Shown: positions 18,406 to 28,646 of the stretch, one piece after another
Layout of the letters: every line of letters begins with the position of its first letter
Numbering within the stretch: position 1 is the stretch's first letter
From: an uncultured delta proteobacterium
Lineage (GTDB): Bacteria; Myxococcota_A; Polyangia; Polyangiales; JAFGIB01
NCBI GenBank assembly: GCA_963778655.1
Contig: CAVZVA010000005.1
Coordinates: forward strand, 768,001-832,000
Reading direction: 5' to 3'
DNA length: 64,000 bases
Made by a program: the position numbers and the translations under genes
Notes under the pieces: generated by a model
The model's input: only the letters and a program-made list of their open reading frames with translations
Databases searched by the model: none
What the model was told of the DNA's origin: nothing

Positions 18406-19880
18406 CACCCGCCTCCCAAACGCGCCTCGAGCCGGCGCGCCAGCCGCGACAGCGGATAGCTCATCGCGAAGTAGAGCAGCGCGCACAGCGCGCCGGGCAG
18501 CAGCCAGCTGCGCCCGTCCACCGCCGCGATCGTCATGCGCTTGGTCAGCTCCACCACCGTGATCACCGACACCAGCGAGCTGTCTTTGAGCAGCGCGATG
18601 AAGTCGTTGGCCACGCCCGGCAGCGAAAAGCGCACCGCCTGGGGCAGAATCACCCGACGCAGCGTCATCGCGCCTGACATCCCGAGCGCGTGCGCGGCCT
18701 CGATCTCGCCGCGCGGCACGGCCTGAATGCCGGCGCGGTAGATCTCCGCCTCGTAGGCCGCGTAGTTGAGCCCCAGCCCGAGAATCGCCGCGCTCAGCGC
18801 GCCCAGCGCGGCCAGGCTCGCCAGGCCGTAGTAGATCACGTAGAGCTGCAGCAGCACCGGTGTGCCGCGGAACACCTCCACGTAGGCGCTCGCCGCGACC
18901 GAAAGCAGGCGCCGGCAGCGGAACGGGGAGGGCAGGCGCGCGAGCGCGAGCAGCAGCCCCAAGACCACGGCCAGCGCCATGGCCGCGGTCGAGATCACGA
19001 TCGTCACTCCCGCGGCCTGCACGAACAGCAGCAGGTGGTGCGGAGAGAGGTCCCAGCCTGCGCGCAGCGGCGCGGCTGCGGCGCTCGCGGCCGTGCCGGG
19101 GTCGCGGCGGCTGTCGTCGAGCCGCCAGCGCGCCAGGATCGCGTGCAGCTCGCCGTTGTGCTGGATGCGCCCGAGCGCCGCATCGACCGCGTCGCGCAGC
19201 GCAGGCTCGTCGCGGCGCACCCCGATCGCGTAGCTGCCGAGCGCCACGTCCCCCACCGCGTGCAGCCCCGGCCGCTGGCCGTAGCGATCCACGATGATGT
19301 CGTCGAGCAGCACCGCGTCGGTGCGCCGGTCGGCGAGGTCCGAGAACGGCTCGGAGTCGCCTTCGTACGGAACCCGCACCGCGCCGGTCGGTCCGAGCAG
19401 ATCCCATGCCAGCGAGCTGGCCAGCGTGCCCACGCGCAACCCGCGCAGCGAGCCGAGGTCCTTGATGCGCGGGTCGCCGACTCGCGCCACCAGGCGTTCG
19501 GCAAACACGTAGTACGGGCGGGTGAACGCGATGCGCCGCTTGCGTGCCGGCGTCAGCTCCAGCCCGTTGAGCGCAATGTCGAAGGTTCCGCGCTCGAGCG
19601 ACGGCACCAGCGTGCTCCAGTCGTTCTGCACCAGCTGCGGGCGCACGCCCAGCTCGCGCGCGAGCGCCCGCGCGATCTCGACCTCGAAGCCGACAATCTG
19701 GCCGGAATGCTTGGGATCCTCGAACAGGTAAGGCTCGCCGCCCTGCAGGTCGGCGCCCCAGCGCAACACCCCCGCCTTCCGCACGCGCGCCAGCCCGCCA
19801 CCGCCGTGACCCGACGCGCAGCCCCCCGCCACCAATGCGGCCAGCAGCACACCCGCCCAGCTCGCGCGCGCGCCCTTCAC
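18405..19880 (-). CDS. Amino-acid ABC transporter, fused substrate-binding lipoprotein and permease
   Basis: Lipobox VAGGC; SBP family 3 (GFEVEIA, FTRPYY); permease YVEVFRGTPVLLQL, AYEAEIYRAGIQAV, LLKDSSL. Confidence 0.92.
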   Translation of the reverse strand: MKGARASWAGVLLAALVAGGCASGHGGGGLARVRKAGVLRWGADLQGGEPYLFEDPKHSGQIVGFEVEIARALARELGVRPQLVQNDWSTLVPSLERGTFDIALNGLELTPARKRRIAFTRPYYVFAERLVARVGDPRIKDLGSLRGLRVGTLASSLAWDLLGPTGAVRVPYEGDSEPFSDLADRRTDAVLLDDIIVDRYGQRPGLHAVGDVALGSYAIGVRRDEPALRDAVDAALGRIQHNGELHAILARWRLDDSRRDPGTAASAAAAPLRAGWDLSPHHLLLFVQAAGVTIVISTAAMALAVVLGLLLALARLPSPFRCRRLLSVAASAYVEVFRGTPVLLQLYVIYYGLASLAALGALSAAILGLGLNYAAYEAEIYRAGIQAVPRGEIEAAHALGMSGAMTLRRVILPQAVRFSLPGVANDFIALLKDSSLVSVITVVELTKRMTIAAVDGRSWLLPGALCALLYFAMSYPLSRLARRLEARLGGG

Positions 19881-19928
19881 GGCCCCGCAGGCTACACCGG
19901 ATCGGGCCGCCGCAGCAGCGCCCGGTCC

Positions 19929-21470
19929 TCAGTCGCCGCCGGCAGGAGTGCTCGGAGGCGCTGGGCGCGGCGCGGGCGCACCGCTGGGAAGGGTGTGCAT
20001 CACGCTGTGCTTGCGCCCGTAGCCGAAGTAGATGGCCAAGCCGATCAGCAGCCAGATCAGCAGTCGCCACCAGTTCTCCGAGGGCAGCGAGAACATCAGC
20101 AGGCCGCAGGTGAGGATGCCGGCGATCGGCACGAAGGGCACCGCCGGGCAGCGGAACGGGCGCTCGAGGTCGGGGTGGCTCTTGCGCAGGATCAGCACCG
20201 CCGCGCACACGATCACGAACGCCAGCAAGGTGCCGATGTTGACCAGCTCGGCCAGGATGCGCAGCGGCAGAAAGCCGCCCAGCAGCGCCACGAACGCGCC
20301 GGTCAGCATGGTCGACTTCCAGGGTGTGCGAAAGCGCTCGTGCACGGCGCCGAAAAACTCTCGCGGCACCAGCCCGTCGCGCGCCATCGCCAGCATCACG
20401 CGTGGCTGGCTGAGCATCAGCACCAGCAACACCGAGGTGATGCCGGCCAGCGCACCCACCGAGATCAGCATCTGCGCCCATGGCATGCCCACCGCGGCGA
20501 AGGCGCTGGGCACCGGCGCGTCGATGTCGATCTGAGAGTAGGGCACCATCCCGGTGATCACGGCCGAAACCAAGATGTAGAGCACGGTGCAGAGCACCAG
20601 CGAGGAGATGATCCCGATCGGCACGTCGCGGCTCGGGTTCTTCGCCTCTTCGGCGTGGGTCGAAACCGAATCGAAACCGATGTACGCGAAGAAAATAGTG
20701 GCGGCCCCGGCCACCATGCCGAGCGGCTCGCCGCCCTTGCCGGTCTGCCCGAAGAGCGTGTGGCCGAACATTGAGATGCCGGTGTAGCCGAAGGGCGCGA
20801 ACGGATGCCAGTTGGCGGGGTTGATGTGCATCGCGCCCACGACGATCACGAACAGCACGATCAGCAGCTTGATGATCACGATCGCGGTGTTGAAGCCCGC
20901 GCTCTCACGGATGCCCTTGACCAGCACCACGGTGACCACGCCCGCGATCAGCACCGCAGGCAGATCCAGCACGCCGGCGGTGCCGATCAGCCGGCCCAGG
21001 GTGGGGTCGTAGTCGAAGGGCGCGGTGCTGAGCGCCGCGGGCAGGTGCATGCCGAGCTGGCCGATCAGGTTCTGAAAGTAGTGCGACCAGCCGTGCGCGA
21101 CAGTCGCCGAGCCCACCGCATACTCGAGGATCAAGTCCCAGCCGATGATCCACGCGAACAGCTCGCCGAGCGTGGCGTAGGCGTAGGTGTAGGCCGAGCC
21201 GGCGACCGGAACCATGGCCGCGAACTCCGCGTAGCACATCGCCGCAAACACGCAGGCGGTGCCAGCGAGCACGAACGAGAGCACCAGGGCGGGACCGGCC
21301 TTGTCGTGGGCCGCCACGCCGGTCAGCACGAAGATACCGGTGCCGATGATCGCTCCGATGCCCAGGCTCGAAAGCGCGACCGGACCCAGCACGCGTCGCA
21401 GGCGGTTCTCGCCCGCCATTTCCTCGAGGATCAGCGCGATCGGCTTGCGGGCGAACAAGGGGTTGGGCAT
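19929..21470 (-). CDS. APC-family amino-acid permease
   Basis: GAIIGTGIFV, CYAEFA..VPVAGSAYTY, FFAYIGFD, AEEAKNP.RD.P.GI, RPFRCP.VP. Confidence 0.95.
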   Translation of the reverse strand: MPNPLFARKPIALILEEMAGENRLRRVLGPVALSSLGIGAIIGTGIFVLTGVAAHDKAGPALVLSFVLAGTACVFAAMCYAEFAAMVPVAGSAYTYAYATLGELFAWIIGWDLILEYAVGSATVAHGWSHYFQNLIGQLGMHLPAALSTAPFDYDPTLGRLIGTAGVLDLPAVLIAGVVTVVLVKGIRESAGFNTAIVIIKLLIVLFVIVVGAMHINPANWHPFAPFGYTGISMFGHTLFGQTGKGGEPLGMVAGAATIFFAYIGFDSVSTHAEEAKNPSRDVPIGIISSLVLCTVLYILVSAVITGMVPYSQIDIDAPVPSAFAAVGMPWAQMLISVGALAGITSVLLVLMLSQPRVMLAMARDGLVPREFFGAVHERFRTPWKSTMLTGAFVALLGGFLPLRILAELVNIGTLLAFVIVCAAVLILRKSHPDLERPFRCPAVPFVPIAGILTCGLLMFSLPSENWWRLLIWLLIGLAIYFGYGRKHSVMHTLPSGAPAPRPAPPSTPAGGD

Positions 21471-21539
21471 CGCCCGCCACGTTAGGGGACCTGCCCGCGC
21501 AAAGGCAAGGGCCTCAGGCAGCCTGCCGGTCGAGACCGA

Positions 21540-24317
21540 TCAGAGCTTGCGCGCGCGCAGTCGCGCCAGCGCGGCTTGCAGCCGCTCGCGGGCGGCGCCC
21601 AGATCGCGCTTTCGGGTGCGCTCCTGCTCGACCAAGGCGGCGGGGGCGCGCGCCAGGAACTCGGGGTTGGCCAGCTTGCGCTCGACCGCGGCTAGATCCT
21701 TCTCGATCTTCTTGAGCTCGCGTTCCAGGCGCTCGACTTCCTTGACCGGATCGACCAGGTCCGCCAGCGGCACGATCAGGGTGACCCCTTCGGCGACCGC
21801 GATCGCGCTGTCCGCGGCAGCGTCGTCCGCCAGCCCGGCGGCCTCGACCCGCACCTGCGCGTTGCACAGCGCCTCGATCGCAGCCCGCTCCCGCTCCAGC
21901 AGCGCGCTTGCGTCCGCGTCCTGTGAACGCAACGTGAGCGGCAGCGGCAGCCGCGGGTGCACGTCGTGCTCGGCGCGGATGCTGCGCGCCGCCACCACCA
22001 CCGCCTGCAGCCGCGCCATCTCGCGCTCGACCTCGGGCGCAGCGCAGCCGTCGACCTCGGCCTGCGGGTAGCGCGCGATCATGATGCTCTTGGGCGCGCC
22101 CTCGCCCTTGGGCAGGCGCTGCCAGATCTCCTCGGTGATAAACGGCATCATCGGGTGCAAGGCGCGCAGCGCGCTCTCCAGCACGTGCGCCAGCACGGCG
22201 CGAGTCTCGGCCACGCATGTCGCATCGCTCGAGCCGAGCAGCGGCTTGGACAGCTCGAGGTACCAGTCGCACAGCTCGTTCCACACGAAGCGGTAGAGCG
22301 CCGCGCCGGCGTCGTCGAGACGGTACTGGTCGATGCCCTGGCGCGCGGCATCGATCGCCGCGGCCAGACGCGACAGCACCCAGCGGTTGGCGAAGCGCGT
22401 GGCGTCCGGCCGCGCCAGCCCCGCCTGCACGTCGCTGCCCTGCAGCCCGATCAGCGCGTAGCGCGCCGCGTTCCACAGCTTGTTGCAGAAGTTGCGGTAG
22501 CCCTCGACGCGCTTGAGCGAGAGCGCGATCTTGGTGGTCTGCGGCGAGTAGCTCAGCAGCGTGTAGCGCAGCGCGTCCGCGCCGTAGGCGGGGAAGCCCT
22601 CGGGATAGGTCTTGCGCAGGTACTCGATGCCGCTCTTGGCGGCGCCGGCCCTCTCGGCCTTGGCCAGCAGCTGGTCCTGGGTCGCGCCGTAGACCACGTC
22701 GAGCGGATCGATCACGTTGCCCTTGACCTTGCTCATCTTCTGGCCGTGCTCGTCGGTCACCATCCCCGACAGCAGCACGCGCGAAAACGGCGCCTGGCCG
22801 GTGAAGTGCAGGCCCATCATCATCATGCGCGCCACCCAGAAGAACAGGATGTCGGAGCCGGTCTCCATGTCGTCGGTGGGGTAGAAACGGCGCAGGTCGG
22901 GCGTGTCGTCGGGCCAGCCCAGCGTGGAGAACGGCCACAGCGCGGAGCTGAACCAGGTGTCGAGCACGTCTGGATCGGGGCTGAGCGGGCTCTTGCCGCA
23001 CTGCGCGCAGCGCTCCGGCAGGCTGCGCGCGACGTTGATGTGCCCGTTCTCGCAGTATGCGGCCGGGATCGGGTGGCCCCACCACAGCTGTCGCGAGATG
23101 CACCAGTCCTGGATGTTGCGCATCCAGTGGAAGTAGGTCTTGGTCCAGTGGTCGGGGATGATGCGCGTGCGCTCGCGCTCGACCGCTTCGATCGCGGGCG
23201 CCGCAAGCGGCTCCATCTTGCAGAACCACTGGGTCGAGATCATCGGCTCGACGATCGAGTTGCAGCGCTGGCAGCGCGGTTTGTTGATCGCGTGGGCCTT
23301 GCTGCCGCGGGCCAGCCCCAGCTCCTGCAGGCGCTGCTTGACCGCGGCCCGCGCCTTGAAGCGATCCATGCCCGAGAACGGCCCCCCCTCCTGGTTCAGC
23401 GTGCCGTCGAGGTTGAGGATATTGATCTGCTGCAGCCCGTGGCGCTTACCGGTCTGGAAGTCGTTCGGATCGTGGGCGGGCGTGACCTTGACCGCGCCGG
23501 TGCCGAACGCCATGTCCACCAGCTGTGCGTCGCCGATGATCGGCACGCGCCGCGACACCAGCGGGTGCAGCGCGTGCTTGCCGATCAGCGCCTTGTAGCG
23601 CGGGTCCTCGGGGTGCACGGCGATCGCAGTGTCGCCCAGCATCGTCTCCGGACGCGTGGTCGACACCACGATCTCGCCGCCACCCTCGACCGGATAGGCG
23701 AAGTCGAATAGCTCGCCCTGCGCGCCCTCCTCGTTCTCGACCTCCAGGTCGGAGAGCGCGGTGCTGCACTGCACACACCAGGAGATCAGCCGCGTGTCGC
23801 GGTAGATCAGTCCCTCCTCGTACAGCCGCACGAAGCTCTCGGTGACCGCGCGCGAGAGCGCGGGCTCGAGCGTGAAACGCTCGCGCGTCCAGTCGCAGGA
23901 GGCGCCCAGCACGCGCAGCTGCTGCATGATGCGGCCGCCCGATTCCGCCTTCCAGCGCCACACCCGCTCGACGAAGGCCTCCCGCCCGATCTGGTGGCGG
24001 CTCAGCCCCTCGCGCGCGAGCTGCCGCTCCACCACCACCTGGGTCGAGATGCCCGCGTGATCCACGCCCGGCACCCACAGCGTGTTGCGCCCCAGCATGC
24101 GGTGATAGCGGATCAGCAGGTCCTCGAAGGTCACGCGGCAGGCGTGGCCGACGTGCAGCGAGCCGGTCACGTTCGGCGGCGGGATGGCGATGGTGTAGGT
24201 GGGCCGCGCGTCGGCCGGGTCACTGCTCGCAGTGAAAAGGCCTTCGGCCTCCCAGAACGCGTACCAGCGGCCCTCGCTCTGGCGCGGGTCGTAGGCTTTG
24301 GGCATTTCCTGGCTCAT
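21540..24317 (-). CDS. valS: Valine--tRNA ligase
   Basis: PPPNVTGSLHVGH, DHAGISTQ, TTRPETMLGD, DWCISRQLWWGH, DVLDTWFSS, KMSKV, GADALR, C-terminal coiled coil. Confidence 0.98.
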   Translation of the reverse strand: MSQEMPKAYDPRQSEGRWYAFWEAEGLFTASSDPADARPTYTIAIPPPNVTGSLHVGHACRVTFEDLLIRYHRMLGRNTLWVPGVDHAGISTQVVVERQLAREGLSRHQIGREAFVERVWRWKAESGGRIMQQLRVLGASCDWTRERFTLEPALSRAVTESFVRLYEEGLIYRDTRLISWCVQCSTALSDLEVENEEGAQGELFDFAYPVEGGGEIVVSTTRPETMLGDTAIAVHPEDPRYKALIGKHALHPLVSRRVPIIGDAQLVDMAFGTGAVKVTPAHDPNDFQTGKRHGLQQINILNLDGTLNQEGGPFSGMDRFKARAAVKQRLQELGLARGSKAHAINKPRCQRCNSIVEPMISTQWFCKMEPLAAPAIEAVERERTRIIPDHWTKTYFHWMRNIQDWCISRQLWWGHPIPAAYCENGHINVARSLPERCAQCGKSPLSPDPDVLDTWFSSALWPFSTLGWPDDTPDLRRFYPTDDMETGSDILFFWVARMMMMGLHFTGQAPFSRVLLSGMVTDEHGQKMSKVKGNVIDPLDVVYGATQDQLLAKAERAGAAKSGIEYLRKTYPEGFPAYGADALRYTLLSYSPQTTKIALSLKRVEGYRNFCNKLWNAARYALIGLQGSDVQAGLARPDATRFANRWVLSRLAAAIDAARQGIDQYRLDDAGAALYRFVWNELCDWYLELSKPLLGSSDATCVAETRAVLAHVLESALRALHPMMPFITEEIWQRLPKGEGAPKSIMIARYPQAEVDGCAAPEVEREMARLQAVVVAARSIRAEHDVHPRLPLPLTLRSQDADASALLERERAAIEALCNAQVRVEAAGLADDAAADSAIAVAEGVTLIVPLADLVDPVKEVERLERELKKIEKDLAAVERKLANPEFLARAPAALVEQERTRKRDLGAARERLQAALARLRARKL

Positions 24318-24442
24318 GCGCTGCTCGCTCAACGGGGCTGGCCGGCGCCACGCGCGCGCGGGGCCCGGATCCGGCAGGTTGTGCCGCATTTGGGCGGACC
24401 GGACAAGGCAGCGATTTTCGGCCGCCCGGGCGCGCGCCGCGG

Positions 24443-25168
24443 CTATTGGGTCAAGCGGCGGATCTCCTCGCGGATCAGGGTTTCCGCGAGGTCAGGCACG
24501 ACTTCCCACACCACCTTCTCGATCACGTCGCGCGAGAGCGCGAGCACGCCCTGGATCTGCTCGGCGTTGAGCCCGAGCGCGTCGAGCTTGCGCGCCATGT
24601 CAGCCCCGCTCGCCATGGTGGCCGCCGCCGCGGGGCGCGGCGCTGCGGGACGCGCAGCAGCCGGCGCGGTGACCACCGGCGGAGGCACGGCGGCGCCGGG
24701 CGTTGGGGCAGGGCGCTCGAAGGCGATCGTGCCGGTGCGCGCGGCACGCTGCGGCTGCGCCATGGGCGGGGCCGGCGCCGCCTTGGCGGCCGCTGCTGCA
24801 CGCGGCTGCGCCATCACGCGCTTGACCTTGTCGATGACGTGCTGGGTGTCGAACGGCTTGACCACGTGGTCGTCGACCCCTGCAGCCTTGCCTTTGACCT
24901 CGTCGTAGGGGTGCTTCTGGCTCGCCAGCACGATCACGGCGGTGCGCTCGAGCCCGGGCGTCGCGCGGATGGCACTGGCGACCCGGTAGCCGTCGGTGCT
25001 CATCGAGGCGTCGGCAAACACGATGTCGGGGGCCAGCTCCGCGGCCTTGGCGATCGCGGCGTCGCCGCTGTCGACGGCCACCACGGCGGCATCCTCACCG
25101 GCGAAGGTGAGCTCCATGATGCGACGCATGGTCACGCTGTCGTCCGCAACCAGGATGTTCACAGGCAC
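24443..25168 (-). CDS. romR: RomR-like polarity response regulator
   Basis: REC (ILVADDSVT, KPF), Pro/Ala linker, conserved RomR C-terminus LSRDVIEKVVWEVVPDLAETLIREEI; directly upstream of valS; GTG start at 25168. Confidence 0.85.
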   Translation of the reverse strand: MPVNILVADDSVTMRRIMELTFAGEDAAVVAVDSGDAAIAKAAELAPDIVFADASMSTDGYRVASAIRATPGLERTAVIVLASQKHPYDEVKGKAAGVDDHVVKPFDTQHVIDKVKRVMAQPRAAAAAKAAPAPPMAQPQRAARTGTIAFERPAPTPGAAVPPPVVTAPAAARPAAPRPAAAATMASGADMARKLDALGLNAEQIQGVLALSRDVIEKVVWEVVPDLAETLIREEIRRLTQ

Positions 25169-25345
25169 CGGGGCCTCCTCGCGCGTCCGCTGCTCGCGTC
25201 CGCTCCACTGCGATTGTTCGAAGCAAAAAATGGATACGCCAAGGCGGACCGCTGGGTCAAGGATTCCGCGCACCTACACCAGACCGCCAGCACGCGGGCG
25301 GGGCCGGTTTGACGGCGCCCCCGGCGGTGCTCTATGTCCGCGCGC

Positions 25346-25996
25346 ATGTCGCAGCCGCAGCCCGAAGAGCCGCCCCGCGAACGCGCCGCACGCATCGCGC
25401 GGCGTTACCGGGAGCTGGCGCCGCGAGCCCCCGAGCAAGGTTTCGACCTGCTCGAGATTTTTCCGTCAACCAGTGAAATTGAAATGGAAATCGGGTTTGG
25501 TCGCGGTCTATTTCTGATCCAGCGTGCGGCGGCCGCGCCGGGCTCGGCGCTGCTGGGTCTGGAGATCAAGCGCAAGCTGGCCTACCGCGTGGCGCGGCGC
25601 TGCGAGCGGCTCGGGCTGAGTCATGTCCGGGTGATGGCCGGCGACGTGCGCGCGGTGCTGCCCGGGGTGCGGCCCGATCGCGCGCTCGCTCGCGTGTTCA
25701 TCAGTTTTCCCGATCCGTGGTGGAAGAAGCGGCACGCCAAGCGCAGGTTGATCGGCGACGAGTTGATCGAGCAGCTCGCTCGCCTGTTGCGTCCCGGCGG
25801 GGAGCTGTTCATCCAGACCGACGTCGAGGAGCGCGCCGACGAGAGCCTGGACGAGCTGGCCGCGCATCCGGCCTTCGAGCTTCCCGGCGGCGGGCGGATC
25901 GCCGACAACCCCTACGGGGCGCGCTCCAATCGCGAGCAGCGCGCACTGCAGGACGGGTTGCCGATCTACCGCATCCTCGCCCTGCGCCGGCCTTAG
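25346..25996 (+). CDS. trmB: tRNA (guanine-N7)-methyltransferase
   Basis: EIGFGRG, LGLEI, FPDPWWKKRHAKRRL, LRPGGELFIQTDVE; start could be 25334. Confidence 0.93.
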   Translation: MSQPQPEEPPRERAARIARRYRELAPRAPEQGFDLLEIFPSTSEIEMEIGFGRGLFLIQRAAAAPGSALLGLEIKRKLAYRVARRCERLGLSHVRVMAGDVRAVLPGVRPDRALARVFISFPDPWWKKRHAKRRLIGDELIEQLARLLRPGGELFIQTDVEERADESLDELAAHPAFELPGGGRIADNPYGARSNREQRALQDGLPIYRILALRRP

Positions 25997-26023
25997 GCAC
26001 CGGAAACAGCCCGGTCCCGGCGC

Positions 26024-28573
26024 TCACTCCGAGGTCGCGATGCGCTCGGCGCGGCGCTGGGTCAACAGGCCCAGGTTGCGCTCGATGTCCGCCAGCGCGT
26101 ACTGATCGCGCCGGCTGGTGGCCAGCAGCCGCGCCTCGCGCAGCGCCGCGTCTGCGCGATCCAGATCGTCCTGCATCAGATACGCCGCGCCCAGGTAGTT
26201 GAGCAAGTAGCCCTGAAACCGCTGGTGATTCATCTCGCGCGCCGCCTCGAGCGCGCTGCCGTAGATCGCGATCGCGTCGGCCGGCCGCCGGCGGCGGAAC
26301 GCCAGCTGGCCGAGCGCGATCCGGGTCTGGACCGCGCCTTCGTGATCGGAGAGCGCCTGTCGGATCTGAAGCGCCGCCTCGAGCCGCTTCTCGGCGGCGT
26401 CGTACAGTCCGAGGTCGAGCTCGATGCGCCCGATGGTGTTGAGCGAAGCCGACTGTCCGCGCGCATCCTGCATCTGCTCGCGGATCGCCAGCGCCTCCTT
26501 GGCCGCCTGCAATGCCTGCTCGAGCTCGCCGTGCAGACGGTGGATCTGCGCCATGTCGTCGTAGCTGCTGGCCACGCCGCGGCGATCGTCGAGGCTCGCG
26601 AACAGCGAAAGCGCCGCGCGCAAGTGCGCGAGCGCCAGCGCGTGCTCGCCCCGGTCGCGATGCACGCGCGCGATGCGGTTGAGCGCTGCCCCGCCGCGCC
26701 CGCGCGCGCCCAGCGTCCAGGCCAGCCGCGCGATCTGCTCGAACGCGAGCAAGGCCTCGCCGTAGCGCCCCAGCATGCTCAGCAGCGATCCGCGCTCGTG
26801 CAGCGCAGCGATCCGCGTCGACAGGTCGTCGGGCGCGATCAGCGGCAGCGCCTTGTCCACGTACAGCAGCGCCATGGTCGTGCGCACGCGCGCGCGCTCG
26901 TCGGCCGCCGCACGCAGATACGCGGCCGCGGCCTGGTGCAGGTCGCCGGCGTGCTCGAGATGCGGCGCCAGCAGCGCGGCCGGGTTTTCGACCACCGGCC
27001 CCGAGGTGGTTGCCAGCCAGCGCCCGACCGCAGCATGGCTCGCGCTGCGCTCGTCTTCGCTCAGGTCCGCGTAGATCAGGCTGCGCGTGCCGGCGTACTG
27101 GAAGGTGTACTCGTTCAGCCCCGGCCCGACCGAGTCGGCGATGCGCACGATGAAGCCCTTGGCCTCGAGCGTGTCGAGCGCGCGCTGCAGCTCCAGCTCG
27201 TCATCGCCGGGCAGCCACAGCTCGACGGTCGGAAGCGCGGCATCGGGCGGCGCTTGGCGCGCGCGCTGCAACGCCAACAGCGCGCCGTCCCAGAAGCGCT
27301 CGCCGACCACCGCGGCGTCGCGCACCACCTGCTGCTCGCCCGCGCCCAGCGTCACCAGGCGCGCGCGAATGCCGTCGGCCATGGTCAGGGGCAGGCCGCC
27401 CCGCTCCAGGCGCGGCATGTCGACGATCACGCCTCGCTCCTGTCGGCGAAACAGGCCGCCGTCCAGCAGCGCGCGCACCAGCTCCACCAGCTGGCGCGGG
27501 TTTCCGCCTGAGCGGTGCGAGAGCGCGGACAGCAGCTCCTCGGGCAGCTCCAGCAGCTCGGGCACCAGCAGCCGCAGCACGCGCGCGCAGTCCTCGGTGC
27601 CCAGCGGCGAGAGCTCCGCGCTCTGCACGCGCGCGGCCGGGCCCAGGGCCGCGACGCGTTCGGCGAGCTGGGGCCGGCCGGTGACGATCAGCACCAGCGG
27701 CACGCTCTGCTGCAACAGCGCGGCGATCAGCTCCCAGGCGCCGGGCTCGGCCTCGGTCACGTCGTCGAGCAGCCACAGCAGCGGCGTGGCCTGCGCCTCG
27801 GCCGCGACGAAGCTCGCCACGGCGGCGACCGCCTGCGCGTGCAGGGCTGCCGGATCGCGCTGCAGCTCGCGCAGCAGCACGCTGTCGGGGAAGGGTACCC
27901 CGGCCACGTGCCCGAGCAGCGGCGCGGTTTCGTGCGCCGCGGCCGCCGCCCCGAGCATCTCGCCGGCGATGCGCTGCATCTCGGCGCGCACGGAGGTGGG
28001 TGAAGAGGCGGGCGTGACCCCGAAGCGGTCGAGCAGCAGGCGCGAGACCGGTGCGTACGGTCCATCGTCGCGCGAGCGCAGTGCCCCATAGTGCACGCTG
28101 ACGTCTGCGCGTAGCGCCGCGGCCAGCTCGCTGGCGCGCTGCAACACCACCGTCTTGCCCGAGCCCGGCGCACCCGACACCAGGCACAGCCGAGGCTCCG
28201 CCTGGGAGAACGCCGCCTGCATCGCTGGGCCGATTTGCTCCAGCACCCGCGTCTGGCCGAAGACGGGGCGGCCCTCGACGGCGCGCGCCGGAGCCGCGCT
28301 CCGAGCCCCGGCCTCCGCGGAAGCCTGCGCTCGAGCCGACGCCGGCACGGGCGTGGGACTGGCCCGGTAGACGCTGGTCTTCTCTTCCGGCTCGGCCTCG
28401 AGCCCGCCCTCCGCCACCAGGCGGTGGCGGGTGGTCGTGATCGGCCCGCTATGACTACCCGACTCGCCGGCGCGTCGCAGGCGCGGGCCGAGCAGCGCAT
28501 TACACCGCGCGCAGCTCACCCACCCGCGCGGGTTCTGGAAACCGCAATCGCCGCATGTGACCGCGGTTCGCAC
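26024..28573 (-). CDS. Zinc-ribbon + AAA/STAND-like ATPase + TPR protein
   Basis: CGDCG..N......CARC; Walker A GAPGSGKT; Walker B LLWLLDD; SGGNP; AAVVGERFW; C-terminal TPR repeats; GTG start at 28573 inferred. Confidence 0.85.
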   Translation of the reverse strand: MRTAVTCGDCGFQNPRGWVSCARCNALLGPRLRRAGESGSHSGPITTTRHRLVAEGGLEAEPEEKTSVYRASPTPVPASARAQASAEAGARSAAPARAVEGRPVFGQTRVLEQIGPAMQAAFSQAEPRLCLVSGAPGSGKTVVLQRASELAAALRADVSVHYGALRSRDDGPYAPVSRLLLDRFGVTPASSPTSVRAEMQRIAGEMLGAAAAAHETAPLLGHVAGVPFPDSVLLRELQRDPAALHAQAVAAVASFVAAEAQATPLLWLLDDVTEAEPGAWELIAALLQQSVPLVLIVTGRPQLAERVAALGPAARVQSAELSPLGTEDCARVLRLLVPELLELPEELLSALSHRSGGNPRQLVELVRALLDGGLFRRQERGVIVDMPRLERGGLPLTMADGIRARLVTLGAGEQQVVRDAAVVGERFWDGALLALQRARQAPPDAALPTVELWLPGDDELELQRALDTLEAKGFIVRIADSVGPGLNEYTFQYAGTRSLIYADLSEDERSASHAAVGRWLATTSGPVVENPAALLAPHLEHAGDLHQAAAAYLRAAADERARVRTTMALLYVDKALPLIAPDDLSTRIAALHERGSLLSMLGRYGEALLAFEQIARLAWTLGARGRGGAALNRIARVHRDRGEHALALAHLRAALSLFASLDDRRGVASSYDDMAQIHRLHGELEQALQAAKEALAIREQMQDARGQSASLNTIGRIELDLGLYDAAEKRLEAALQIRQALSDHEGAVQTRIALGQLAFRRRRPADAIAIYGSALEAAREMNHQRFQGYLLNYLGAAYLMQDDLDRADAALREARLLATSRRDQYALADIERNLGLLTQRRAERIATSE

Positions 28574-28646
28574 GACCCTGCCCGTTGGTGTGGGCCACCC
28601 GCCCGCCCGCGTCAATTGGGGCAATCCGCACCCCCTGCTCAACTCG

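Noticed and set aside
26024..28573. Avs-type antiviral STAND protein
   Set aside because: No N-terminal nuclease, protease or TIR effector, and no defence-island neighbours
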